IMG/VR virus record: IMGVR_UViG_3300033148_006964
Location: 116,927 to 180,926 of that record
Strand: one strand, 5' to 3'
DNA length: 64,000 nucleotides
Origin: a virus
Shown piece by piece: positions 1 through 9,309 of the stretch (its first letter is position 1; every line of letters starts with the position of its first letter). Both the position numbers and the translations under genes were made by a program. The notes below the pieces were generated by a model. The model worked only from the letters and a program-made list of their open reading frames with translations. It was not told the origin of the DNA and made no database searches.

Positions 1-638
1 GCTTTAGCTAATGGAACCGCTAATTCTCTTTTACCGGATGAACACCCATTAGCACTTCCAGGACTTTGTACACTATGAGTAGCATCAAATATAACAGGTA
101 CACCTATTTTCTTTAATTCATGAACGCCAGCAAAGTCAACTACAAGACGATTGTACCCAAAGAATGTACCTCTTTCAGTAAGCATACATCGATTACTATT
201 AGCTTTAAAAATTGCATACTTCATATTTTCAGGTGACATAAAATTACCCTTTTTTATATTTATAGGTAAACCAGTTTCCCCGGCGGCTGCAAGTAAATCT
301 GTTTGACGGCAAAGAAAAGCAGGTATTTGAAGAACGTCAACTACTTTTGAAATTATACTAGCTTCATTTGGAATATGAATATCCGTTAATATTGGAAGCC
401 CAAATTTACTTTTGATTTTTTCGAGTATATTTAATCCTTTTAAAATACCAGGTCCTCTAAATGAATCTACAGATGTACGATTAGCCTTATCATATGACGC
501 TTTAAATATTATTTTTATATTATTTTTTAATGAAATGTCTACTAATCTTTCAGCAACCTTAAAACATAAACTTTTAGATTCTATAACACAAGGTCCTGCA
601 ATAAAAAACAATGAATCATTAAACAAAATTACCTCCAT
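1..638 (-). CDS. kdsA: KDO8P synthase (2-dehydro-3-deoxyphosphooctonate aldolase); runs off the left edge
   Basis: Not in the ORF track; translated by hand from ATG at 638: MEVILFNDSLFFIAGPCVIES...KASYDKANRTS...GPG...LTDIH...LQIPAFLCRQTDLL...NIKKG...LTERG..FGYNRLVVD...IFDATHSVQSPG. These are the diagnostic KdsA motifs. Confidence 0.95.
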   Translation of the reverse strand, partial: MEVILFNDSLFFIAGPCVIESKSLCFKVAERLVDISLKNNIKIIFKASYDKANRTSVDSFRGPGILKGLNILEKIKSKFGLPILTDIHIPNEASIISKVVDVLQIPAFLCRQTDLLAAAGETGLPINIKKGNFMSPENMKYAIFKANSNRCMLTERGTFFGYNRLVVDFAGVHELKKIGVPVIFDATHSVQSPGSANGCSSGKRELAVPLAK

Positions 639-763
639 TTGATTAATAAAAAAGATGGATAGAGAAAAGGAATCAAAAATATAGGGAAAAGAAAAAAAAC
701 TATATTTCATCTAAAAATCTCTATCCATGGTTTAATTATATTTTTAAATTAAAAAAACTTATT

Positions 764-1147
764 TTATTTATTAAAACATTTCTTATATTTTTTTGAAACA
801 GTATAAGCTTCTTGTAAAAATTTTACTCCAGCTACACTTTCTGGATCGCTACCTGAACTGTAACTACCAGGTTCTTTATGTTCATTTGATAGTTTAACAA
901 GTTTTTTAAAATAAGAATGTAGAATTTTATTTTCTTTCAACAAATCCTCAGTTGAAATCTCAAAATCTACTATTACTCCCGACAACTTGTACACATTTTT
1001 CCATGTACCACCGCAGTCGTAGCATTCAATACATTCAATAGCAACTCCATCGTCCTGTACTTCGATCTTAGATAGCGTGTTGATATTCTTGCTTTGACAG
1101 AATAGACAGATATTACCTTCTGATTTAAGATATTTTTCTTCATTCAT
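764..1147 (-). CDS. Hypothetical Zn-ribbon protein (paralog of 10055..10501)
   Basis: CLFC...CYDCG; the same CxxCxSxNI...CYDCG...Y pattern occurs in 10055..10501. Confidence 0.6.
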   Translation of the reverse strand: MNEEKYLKSEGNICLFCQSKNINTLSKIEVQDDGVAIECIECYDCGGTWKNVYKLSGVIVDFEISTEDLLKENKILHSYFKKLVKLSNEHKEPGSYSSGSDPESVAGVKFLQEAYTVSKKYKKCFNK

Positions 1148-1248
1148 TTTTATTTAACGCTCCTTATTTAAACATTTGATTTTAAACTAACAACCGCAAA
1201 GATAGGTTAAATATTTTTGGCACCGCAGACGTTTAAAATTCTTATTTT

Positions 1249-1479
1249 TCAACGATTTCTATAACTACAGTATTTCCCCTTTGTCATAAATCGTAATGCA
1301 AAACGAAGTCCCCATTTTTCTAACATCCATGCGTACCATATTCCAACATCAATTATAATAAACGCACTATACTGCATAATGCAAGCTAAAGGTGATTTTG
1401 GCTCTGTTATGAACGCAAGAAGCATATGAATAAAAAAAGCTGCCAATAACGCGATGCACATACCATTTTTATTTACCAT
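1249..1479 (-). CDS. Small membrane protein
   Basis: Two hydrophobic segments; co-directional with neighbours. Confidence 0.5.
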   Translation of the reverse strand: MVNKNGMCIALLAAFFIHMLLAFITEPKSPLACIMQYSAFIIIDVGIWYAWMLEKWGLRFALRFMTKGKYCSYRNR

Positions 1480-1674
1480 AACATTTTTCCTTTTAAGTTA
1501 AATTTTTTTGCCACAATTTACACGCCTCGCTTCATCATTACAACATTTTATACATTCATCTTCGTCTTTTGTGTGTACTTTATTTTTAAAATGTATTATA
1601 TGATTAGTAGGTCTTTTGCATTTATCACACCATTCCCATATTATATTACTCATAATTACTCCTTTCATGTTTTA

Positions 1675-1845
1675 TTATTGTTTTCGCCATTCATGCAATC
1701 GGCACATCCAACATCCACAACTTTTATTTGGGGTTTTACCACAGCTACTTGATGAACTTGGGCCACTACCAGTTGGATACCTTTTATCATATTCTTTCCA
1801 ATATTCTTGAATTGTATATTTAGATGTTTTATTATCAGAACTCAT
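1675..1845 (-). CDS. Small hypothetical protein with C-terminal CxxxxxxxCxCxxC
   Basis: ATG at 1845 (MSSDNK) preceded by an AAGGA RBS; the track start at 1896 lies inside a hairpin. Confidence 0.55.
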   Translation of the reverse strand: MSSDNKTSKYTIQEYWKEYDKRYPTGSGPSSSSSCGKTPNKSCGCWMCRLHEWRKQ

Positions 1846-2339
1846 GTTTATTTTTCCTTTCAACAAAATTGTTATCTTAAATATAATAGTGGACACCTGA
1901 CTTATCTACGCAGAAGGGCTTAGATTATACTCCCGTTTCAGAGTCCGGCTTTACTGTTTGCCGAAAAAATCGACCCGTAGTTGATCATTAGTCAAGTGTC
2001 CACGTTTTTTTCTCCATTTAATTTTATTAAAAAAAATGGGGAGAGCAAATAAGTATTTACTCTCCCCCCATCATCACACACATGTCCACGTCTCGTGGCA
2101 TAACAAATCTACTATAATTATATCATATTAAATATGATAATAACAGAATAACTTTTTTTATTGATATAACTAAATCGATACTCTGCGGTGAAGAGAGAGT
2201 AGAAGCAGAGCAAAGGATACGTCGAGTTATTTAAAACGACGATCGGGCGTTTTAAATAATAAAGACCCGCCATACTAAAAGTAAAAGAGCCGATGAAACA
2301 CCGGCCCATGTTTTGTTCTTATATCAACGTTATTTAAAT

Positions 2340-2711
2340 TTATTGTCGTGGATTATATTTCTCACGATAAGTCAATGATTCGTTTTCCATATGATACTCA
2401 TGATACATTTTCCAAACGTTACTATTAACGCTCTTGAGTCTAATAGTCTTAACATCACCTCCCAGGAATACTGGATGATCAGTTTGATCAAGAAATAACC
2501 AACCATCACTACCTTCACAACTTTGTACAATAGCATTTGAAAGCTTATATACATCTACTATAACGCCACCGCTTTGGCTTATCACAATGTACGGTGCTTT
2601 CGAAGAAAATAACACACCACCTCGTGCATCAGCGCTATCCCAAAACTTTGCACAACCAACAAACAATAATAATAAAGATAAAACAAACAACAATACAAAT
2701 AAGCGTTTCAT
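2340..2711 (-). CDS. Putative lipoprotein
   Basis: MKR + hydrophobic core + LFVG|C lipobox; GGAG RBS. Confidence 0.65.
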   Translation of the reverse strand: MKRLFVLLFVLSLLLLFVGCAKFWDSADARGGVLFSSKAPYIVISQSGGVIVDVYKLSNAIVQSCEGSDGWLFLDQTDHPVFLGGDVKTIRLKSVNSNVWKMYHEYHMENESLTYREKYNPRQ

Positions 2712-2772
2712 AAAATGCTCCTTTTTAATATTTAAAAATTTTATTTAGTTTTATATCAAAATCTAAAAAATC

Positions 2773-3039
2773 TTACATTGTAGGAAGTTTCGAAGAACTA
2801 GAAGAAGCGGAACTAGTTGATGAATTTGTACCAAAAATATAACCACAAAGATCAATTTTTTTTATAGCAACTAATTCTAACATTTGTTTTCCATCGTCAT
2901 CGTTGCAAAAATAAGGAACTGCTTTTCCAAGATTTTTGTGGACAAACATTCCTAAATTAAAAATATCTTGGTTGGATTCGGGGGTAAATCCTACACAATC
3001 GTCTGCAATAATTTCGTCTGGCCTAGTTGATAATTTCAT
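2773..3039 (-). CDS. Hypothetical protein
   Basis: ORF with GGAG RBS, co-directional. Confidence 0.5.
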   Translation of the reverse strand: MKLSTRPDEIIADDCVGFTPESNQDIFNLGMFVHKNLGKAVPYFCNDDDGKQMLELVAIKKIDLCGYIFGTNSSTSSASSSSSKLPTM

Positions 3040-3073
3040 ACTTCTCTCCTCGAATATTGTTTAAAGTTAAAAA

Positions 3074-3149
3074 CAGGGGTATCTGGATTCGAACCAGAGA
3101 AAATGCCAGCACCAAAAACTGGTGTGTTGAGCCGCTTCACCATACCCCT
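3074..3149 (-). tRNA. tRNA-Gln (anticodon UUG)
   Basis: Acceptor AGGGGTA/TACCCCT, D-stem GTG/CAC, anticodon arm CCAGT-TT TTG GT-GCTGG, T-arm TCTGG-TTCGAAT-CCAGA; CCA not encoded. Confidence 0.9.
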
Positions 3150-3191
3150 TTAAATATTTTTATATTATGATACGGCTGATTGATAGATATA

Positions 3192-3473
3192 CTACGCTTT
3201 CTCTTTTGTTATATACCAATAGGGTTCTTTTAGAGGATTGTCAATCTGTAAATAACTATATTTGGTTAAGTGTTCAGCTGCTTCAACAAATGTTTTCCCA
3301 AGCCTTATCATCATTCCATCGGAATTAATTTGTGTGAGATATATTATTCTATCTGAGTTCCCAAATTTTCCTTCAGCGTCGTCACCACTATCCCAAGATA
3401 TAATTGATACTACATTTTTACATTTTATAAACATGCCGGATTTTATATCCGATGGTTCAAAAATATGTTTCAT
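3192..3473 (-). CDS. Hypothetical protein
   Basis: ORF with RBS, co-directional. Confidence 0.5.
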   Translation of the reverse strand: MKHIFEPSDIKSGMFIKCKNVVSIISWDSGDDAEGKFGNSDRIIYLTQINSDGMMIRLGKTFVEAAEHLTKYSYLQIDNPLKEPYWYITKEKA

Positions 3474-3513
3474 AATATTTCCTTATTAAAGTTTTAATTA
3501 AATTTAAAATTTA

Positions 3514-3717
3514 CTACCATCCTATTGATTTTGATATTTCTAGTGTCATACCACCCTTTTCTTCAAATCTTTTTACAAAATGATCATATAAGCCTACGTT
3601 TGACATATCAAAATAAGGATGCCCAGATGGAGCAAATCTGTGAAGACTGGCTAGTTCTGTTTGGCTTAATTTATCTATTTCTTCTTTTTTAGTTTGTATT
3701 TCCTTTTTTGTCAACAT
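3514..3717 (-). CDS. Small phage hypothetical protein
   Basis: RFAPSGHPYF...GGMT.EISKSIGW, a pattern I recognise from phage hypotheticals; GGAG RBS. Confidence 0.6.
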   Translation of the reverse strand: MLTKKEIQTKKEEIDKLSQTELASLHRFAPSGHPYFDMSNVGLYDHFVKRFEEKGGMTLEISKSIGW

Positions 3718-3738
3718 ATTTTCTCCTTAAATTATTAT

Positions 3739-4482
3739 TCACTCGTATAAATAATGAGTTTCAAGATACTGCTGAAATGTTATATTAAAATACAAAGGAA
3801 GTGTCATTGCTATTTCATCCATGTGGGCATGTTCTACTTTAAGTGGTATACGTTCAGCGTTTTCATAATGATCATAATAAAGACCATTAACCTGATCTGG
3901 AGTTATTATCTTATTAACAACACCATATTCATTAGGCACACCAGCTAATAACCCTTTAAATCCTTTAGTCCTTTGAACAATATTAAATACATGGTCTATA
4001 CTATTAGGAAGAGTTAATCTGCGCTCTTTTTTACCATTAATCTTATATTTCTTAGATACACTTCTTCTATGAAAATAAGTAGCATATCCATCAATAAAAA
4101 TAGCTAAACTAATATTTAGCCTTAGTTTCTTTTTTAACATTCTTAAAGAATCTATTACTCCAAAACTTTTAGCTATTAAAATTATATTAGCATCAAGATC
4201 AAGCATTATTAATTTATTATATATTTCACGTTCAGTTCTTTTCCCAATACATCCTCTTGCGAAGATAAAATCAATTTTTGATGGATCTGCACATCCACAC
4301 ATATTAACAGCACGAAGAGATTCATAAAATAAACAGCTATGGGTTTTCTCTCTATTAGTGACATTAGATGTAAAGTGAACATTATATTTGCTTAACATAT
4401 TATCTATTGGAAATTTATTTTCAGTGATCCACTCAGAACTTCTATTGTTACCTAATATGGTTATCATAATAGTTTTTTTCAA
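3739..4482 (-). CDS. Possible alpha/beta-hydrolase-fold protein
   Basis: IILIAKSFG nucleophile-elbow-like motif followed by LAIFIDG; likely TTG start at 4482 after an AAGGTGAG RBS. Confidence 0.45.
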   Translation of the reverse strand: MKKTIMITILGNNRSSEWITENKFPIDNMLSKYNVHFTSNVTNREKTHSCLFYESLRAVNMCGCADPSKIDFIFARGCIGKRTEREIYNKLIMLDLDANIILIAKSFGVIDSLRMLKKKLRLNISLAIFIDGYATYFHRRSVSKKYKINGKKERRLTLPNSIDHVFNIVQRTKGFKGLLAGVPNEYGVVNKIITPDQVNGLYYDHYENAERIPLKVEHAHMDEIAMTLPLYFNITFQQYLETHYLYE

Positions 4483-4509
4483 TTTATTTCTCACCTTTCT
4501 GTATTTGTT

Positions 4510-4893
4510 AAGCATTGTAGATACCTATGTCAATATCATATTATTTTTTGCCCAAAATTTCGATATTCTGTTTTAAAAGGAAATGTTGAAACCAGCTTAA
4601 AAGAAATATTGGTAGATGTTGCAAACAGGTATGAATATGAAATAATACAGATGGAAGTGATGTCAGACCATATTCATATATTTGTTGGGGCCAAACCGAC
4701 GGTTGCTTCGATAGATATAGTAAGAGTTTTTAAAAGTATCACTGCTATTGAATTGTTCAAGAAATACCCAAAGTTAAAATCTTTTTATGGTAAATGTGGC
4801 TCTCTTTGGTCGGTAGGAAAATTCATATCAACTATTGGTAACGTTTCTGCTAAGACAATCAAAAAATATATTGCAGAGCAAAAGGGAAAATAA
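4510..4893 (+). pseudogene. tnpA: IS200-type Y1 transposase TnpA, 5'-truncated
   Basis: Frame extends upstream of the track ORF (KHCRYLCQYHIIFCPKFR). HUH motif DHIHIF and catalytic YI are present. No in-frame ATG after the stop at 4453-4455. Confidence 0.8.
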
Positions 4894-4896
4894 AAT

Positions 4897-6057
4897 ATGT
4901 TGATACAAAGAGGCTACAAGTACAGAATTTTCCCGACTAAAGAGCAAGAAGAATCGTTGTTTCAATGTGGTGGTAATGCCAGATTTTTATGGAATTATGT
5001 TCTTAAAACAAATCAGGATTATTATAAAGAAACTGGTAAATTTAAGTTTTATTATGAATTAGCTATTTCATTACCAACGCTCAAAGAAGAGTACCCCTTC
5101 CTTAAAGAATCATTTTCACAATCTTTACAAATGGTTTTACGGCAATTTGATAAAGCGTTAAAAGATTCCTTTAAAAAAGAAAAAGGATTTCCATCTTTTA
5201 AGAAGAAAATGTTGTTGAATGATAGTTTCTCCTGTCCACAAAAATGGCGATTGGGAAAAGGGTTTGTTTTCATACCTAAAGTTGGAGAGATAAAATGGGC
5301 GAAACATAGGTCTATGAAAGGTAAACCTAAATCAATCACAATTTCACAAGATGGTAACAAATGGTATTGTTCTGTTTTGTGTGAATACAACATATCAGAA
5401 CAAGAAAAAAGATATAATAATGTTGTCGGTTGTGATGTTGGTTTGAAAAATTTTGCCACGCTATCTGATAGTATTATAATAAGTAATCCCAAGCATACTA
5501 AAAAGTATGAAAATAAGTTAGCAAAAGAACAGAGGAAATTGAATAGAAAACAAAAAGAAAGTAAAAACAGATTCAAACAAAGACTTAAGGTTAGAAAAAT
5601 TCAAAACAAAATAAAAGATACTCGTAAAGATTTTCTTCATAAAACATCTAATTTAATAACCAAGAGTTATGATGGAATTGTGGTAGAGGATTTGAATATA
5701 AAAGAGATGATGAAAAATCATTATCTCGCTAAAGCAATCGGAGATGTTTCATGGTCAGAGTTTAATAGACAACTTGAATACAAATGCAGATGGAATTTTA
5801 AGCATTATATCAAAATTGGTAGATTTGAACCGACAAGTAAGATGTGCTCAAATTGTGGTTGTATCCAAGAAATGTCTTTGAATAAAAGGATATTTAATTG
5901 TTCTGATTGCGGAGTATCAATAGATAGAGATTTAAATGCATCTTTAAATATTAGAAATATAGGATTAAGTACCGTAGGGCATACGGGAAATTACGCTTGT
6001 GGAGATAGTTCGTCGGAATTGTCGTTGAGGCAAGAAAAAGAATGCTTAGTAAACTAA
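4897..6057 (+). CDS. tnpB: TnpB RNA-guided endonuclease
   Basis: HTH start YKYRIFPT; RuvC GCDVG / VEDL / DRDLNA; Zn finger CSNC..CSDC. Confidence 0.95.
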   Translation: MLIQRGYKYRIFPTKEQEESLFQCGGNARFLWNYVLKTNQDYYKETGKFKFYYELAISLPTLKEEYPFLKESFSQSLQMVLRQFDKALKDSFKKEKGFPSFKKKMLLNDSFSCPQKWRLGKGFVFIPKVGEIKWAKHRSMKGKPKSITISQDGNKWYCSVLCEYNISEQEKRYNNVVGCDVGLKNFATLSDSIIISNPKHTKKYENKLAKEQRKLNRKQKESKNRFKQRLKVRKIQNKIKDTRKDFLHKTSNLITKSYDGIVVEDLNIKEMMKNHYLAKAIGDVSWSEFNRQLEYKCRWNFKHYIKIGRFEPTSKMCSNCGCIQEMSLNKRIFNCSDCGVSIDRDLNASLNIRNIGLSTVGHTGNYACGDSSSELSLRQEKECLVN

Positions 6058-6298
6058 GCAGAAGCCACGGGGCTTGCCCTGTGGAGTGTCACTATAATAG
6101 TTTTTTTCAATTAGCTCCTACCTTTCTATATTTATTTAAGCGTGCGCATATCTTTTGAAAACATTTCACGAAGGCCTTTTAGTTCTTGAACTCCGCATTC
6201 TAAACAATAAACTTCATTGCCTATTCCATAGTGGCCTTCATTTTTTTTAATTTTTCTTTTACATTTTTTGCATATCATAATAATACCTTTTTTAAAAG

Positions 6299-6679
6299 TT
6301 ATTTTTTGCTTGTGTCTTCTGTGCCACGCGCTTTACATTTTAGAGGACGATGATTAAGCCAATGTATTGCTTCTTCAATCTTAGTGATGGCTATTGCATT
6401 TTCACGACAAGAAAAGTTACCATTTTGAAAATGCTGAAGACGATCAATTACAATTGCAAGAAGATCTTCCTGATAGCAACCATTTGTTTCAAATTCTTTA
6501 ACGTGGCTTTCATGGAAAGATATCTTGGCAAACTCATCGCCTTCTCCCATTGTTGTACCTTCTGGTTGAGTCGGTCTTATTTCATATTTATGGCAAGCAC
6601 CACTCGCGCCAGGTTCGTCTAAACAAACTATTTGTGTAGATTTTTGAGTTCCAATTTTTAATACTCTCATTTTTACCAC
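6299..6679 (-). CDS. tad1: Tad1-like (Thoeris anti-defence) immune-signal sponge
   Basis: DEPGASGACHKYEI...EDLLAIVIDRLQHFQNGNFSCRENAIAITKIEEAIHWLNHR matches the Tad1 pattern GxGGAxHxY...DLLxIVxDRLxxFQxGPFxxRENAxAxTxxEEALxW. Confidence 0.8.
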   Translation of the reverse strand: MVKMRVLKIGTQKSTQIVCLDEPGASGACHKYEIRPTQPEGTTMGEGDEFAKISFHESHVKEFETNGCYQEDLLAIVIDRLQHFQNGNFSCRENAIAITKIEEAIHWLNHRPLKCKARGTEDTSKK

Positions 6680-6929
6680 CTTTGTTATAAAATTTAAAAA
6701 ATAAAACTTATAAATGAATTTCCTTAAACCGTTTCAAAAATTTAATATCTCCATATTTTATCAAAAATAGTTGAAATTAATTTAAAATGAGGAGAGCATA
6801 TATAGCATCCATCGTTTTCTCCACAAGTACACTTTTCTCCAAATAATATAAACATAACAAAGGAGTTAAAACAAATTTTAAGTTTTCGTATCATTTTTTT
6901 TACCTCATTTTATATAAAATTAATGTTAA

Positions 6930-6958
6930 AAAAAAGGCCGACCTTTAAGACGTCGGCC
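6930..6958 (-). terminator. Intrinsic terminator
   Basis: GGCCGAC/GTCGGCC stem followed by a T-run on the minus strand. Confidence 0.8.
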
Positions 6959-7495
6959 CAATAGCTGTAACTAAAATTGAAGGTTAAAGTGTTTGAAAAG
7001 AGGCAATAGTAAAATTTTGTAGTTCATTTCCCCGCAGGAAATGAGAATTTTACTAAGGCCGGTTTCACACACGAATAACCTATCATGTTATCACCACCAT
7101 CTGTCGAAACAACAGACAATATAACTTACAGCTTAAAAGTACAAACAGGAGGAGTCCAACGGACTAGTGGTTTGCGTCCCACAAAGTATAGATAATAGGT
7201 TCCTATTTGAACATTCCCTATTATATACCTAGACCATCCTCCTGTTTTGTTATTTAAAATTTTGTAATGTAATTATAGTTGGCAATGTTTTTTTATTGTT
7301 TATACATTCTGCCAAATAGATCTCAGCCTTTATAAAAGATCTGACTTCTTTTAATCTTTCTTTAGGTACACCCCTAACAATAATTGTAAAATCGTCCTCA
7401 ATTGTTATTATATCGTTTTTTGTATATTCAAAATCAGGAAACTGAGCTTTTAACATATCAATATATTTGTCTAAATCATCCATATCTTTTCCTTA

Positions 7496-8167
7496 TCAAT
7501 TCTCAGCTACTACTCCTTTATAAATGTAAATAAGACGTTTATACTCTTTCATAACTGATGTTTTATAATTTCCTATATAGTTTTTAGTTTTTTCATTTAC
7601 TTTTATATTTTTTTTATAATCAGGACCTCCCAAATATCTCCTAACGGCATGGGTAATTTTTGCTTGATGCGTAGTTTCATTACTAACAACATATCCATCT
7701 GAAAAATAAGATAATCCTATTACTAAGTTTAATAAATCATTCCAAAGAGTTTCGTTTTCTACATATTTAATATCAAGTTTTTTACATACCTCTTCAGCCG
7801 TACCTTCTAATATTTGAGCAATTCCTTTAGCTCCTCCTTCTGATTTTAATGTTGTTCTAAAATTAGATTCAATCCTTATAAGAGCGGCGTATACTTCCCA
7901 ATCTACTCCCGTTGATTCTGCAAAATCATAAAATATTACACTATAGTATTTACCTTCCCAATGGGATAAACCATAGGCAATGTGTAAAGTCTTTTCCATA
8001 TTAATAATGGTCCGATCCTTTAGCTGATATTCTTTTATCAGTTCTTTACTAATTGCAAGATCAGTCTTAAGTGATTTGTATCTTAACGTATAAATTTGAT
8101 GAAATGCTATCATTCCAATAAAACTTATAAGTATAAAATGCGTTATAAATATTAAAAATTTTCTCAT
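7496..8167 (-). CDS. Lytic transglycosylase (SLT domain) with N-terminal membrane anchor
   Basis: AALIRIESNF (catalytic Glu), GAKGIAQI, hydrophobic N-terminus. Confidence 0.85.
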   Translation of the reverse strand: MRKFLIFITHFILISFIGMIAFHQIYTLRYKSLKTDLAISKELIKEYQLKDRTIINMEKTLHIAYGLSHWEGKYYSVIFYDFAESTGVDWEVYAALIRIESNFRTTLKSEGGAKGIAQILEGTAEEVCKKLDIKYVENETLWNDLLNLVIGLSYFSDGYVVSNETTHQAKITHAVRRYLGGPDYKKNIKVNEKTKNYIGNYKTSVMKEYKRLIYIYKGVVAEN

Positions 8168-8182
8168 ATATATTCCTTAATT

Positions 8183-8476
8183 TTATATTATTGAAACATC
8201 TATTAATTTTTTATCGACATTTAAACTTTCAAGTAAGACAACTATATTTCTTATGGTTTTACAATCAATAAATATCTCTGTATTAATATCGATTTCAAAG
8301 TTATCTTCTATTTCCATAAAAAGTTCTATCTGATCAAGAGAATCAATACCAAGGTCAGATTCAAGATGACTGTCCATAATTATTTTTTCTTTTTTAATGG
8401 ACAGTCTCTCAGATATTATATCAACTAGCTTTAACATTATTTTCTCTTGGTAACTTAAGCTTATTCCAGACATCAT
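8183..8476 (-). CDS. acpP: Acyl carrier protein
   Basis: DLGIDSLDQIELFMEIEDNFEIDI phosphopantetheine motif; start may be the downstream MLKL. Confidence 0.85.
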   Translation of the reverse strand: MMSGISLSYQEKIMLKLVDIISERLSIKKEKIIMDSHLESDLGIDSLDQIELFMEIEDNFEIDINTEIFIDCKTIRNIVVLLESLNVDKKLIDVSII

Positions 8477-8816
8477 CTTCTAAAAAAGCGACTCTTGATT
8501 CGCCAATATTATCACCGAATATTTCCTTAGCTGCCTTTTCTTTTATAAGCGCCCATCCCCCTGTACGATATGGACTATCTTTATTTGTTCCATTTCTTAC
8601 TGATATAAAGATAACCCCTTGTTTCATATATTCCTTGCATTTGTCACATGGTTCATAATCAAAAACACATTTTCTTGGAGCCTCTTCATCATTCTTTAAA
8701 TGACCAAGTAATAGAACTTCTTTTTTGTCTTCTCCACAAAAAAAACATTTAGGTATAACTGGGTTAAGTCCATGTTTTTTACTTATTCTTAATGACATAC
8801 TATTCCCCACCCCCAA
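8421..8816 (-). CDS. Cys-containing phage hypothetical protein
   Basis: HGLNP...CFFCG...EPCDKC. Confidence 0.55.
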   Translation of the reverse strand: MGVGNSMSLRISKKHGLNPVIPKCFFCGEDKKEVLLLGHLKNDEEAPRKCVFDYEPCDKCKEYMKQGVIFISVRNGTNKDSPYRTGGWALIKEKAAKEIFGDNIGESRVAFLEDDVWNKLKLPRENNVKAS

Positions 8817-9103
8817 CTTAAAAAGGTACTTATAGTTTTCTTATTACCACCAGTAATCGGTTTATGTTTAATAATCATATAACCATTTTCCGTTGCTAAT
8901 TTACAAAATCTTTTAAAATGAGATTTACTTTTCCATATTGGAAGATCTTTAGTGAGACAAATTTCTAAGTGTCCTTTTTTAGCATTTACTCTAACGCTAT
9001 GATCAATATACTTTAAAAACGTTTGATATTCTGCTTCTGTAATTCCAATATCTTTACTTTCAGCAGTATTTGATATTTCTCTTGCTATTTTAGCTGTTAT
9101 CAT
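8789..9103 (-). CDS. Hypothetical protein
   Basis: ORF with GAGGA RBS. Confidence 0.5.
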   Translation of the reverse strand: MITAKIAREISNTAESKDIGITEAEYQTFLKYIDHSVRVNAKKGHLEICLTKDLPIWKSKSHFKRFCKLATENGYMIIKHKPITGGNKKTISTFLSWGWGIVCH

Positions 9104-9148
9104 ATTGTATCCTCTGTTATAAATAAAAAAGCTGATAAAATATCAGCT

Positions 9149-9271
9149 TTAAATTTCTACGCCATTCCATAGATCATCAAGAAAACATTCTGAAATTTCC
9201 TGCATAGCTTTCTCATCATTGATTTCTTGCTGTTCCGGGGCGTGGATTCTTGGATTGTACCCTATTCCCAT
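9149..9271 (-). CDS. 40-aa acidic protein in its own transcription unit
   Basis: Not in the track: MGIGYNPRIHAPEQQEINDEKAMQEISECFLDDLWNGVEI; AAGGAGG RBS, promoter motif at 9310-9338, terminator at 9125-9149. Confidence 0.7.
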   Translation of the reverse strand: MGIGYNPRIHAPEQQEINDEKAMQEISECFLDDLWNGVEI

Positions 9272-9309
9272 TTTTGTTTCCTCCTTAAAATATTAATATT
9301 TTCAATATA

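Larger units (their letters stand above)
4485..6092 (+). mobile_element. IS200/IS605-family element (tnpA+tnpB) with left end missing
   Basis: tnpA and tnpB in tandem. Right-end hairpin GAAG-CCACGGGG cttg CCCTGTGG, ending TCAC at 6092. No left-end hairpin visible; left boundary approximate. Confidence 0.85.

Noticed and set aside
7160-7185. c-di-GMP-I riboswitch
   Set aside because: Only GGGACGCAAA matches; the upstream GGCAAA/P1 and the GCC..GG core are absent.
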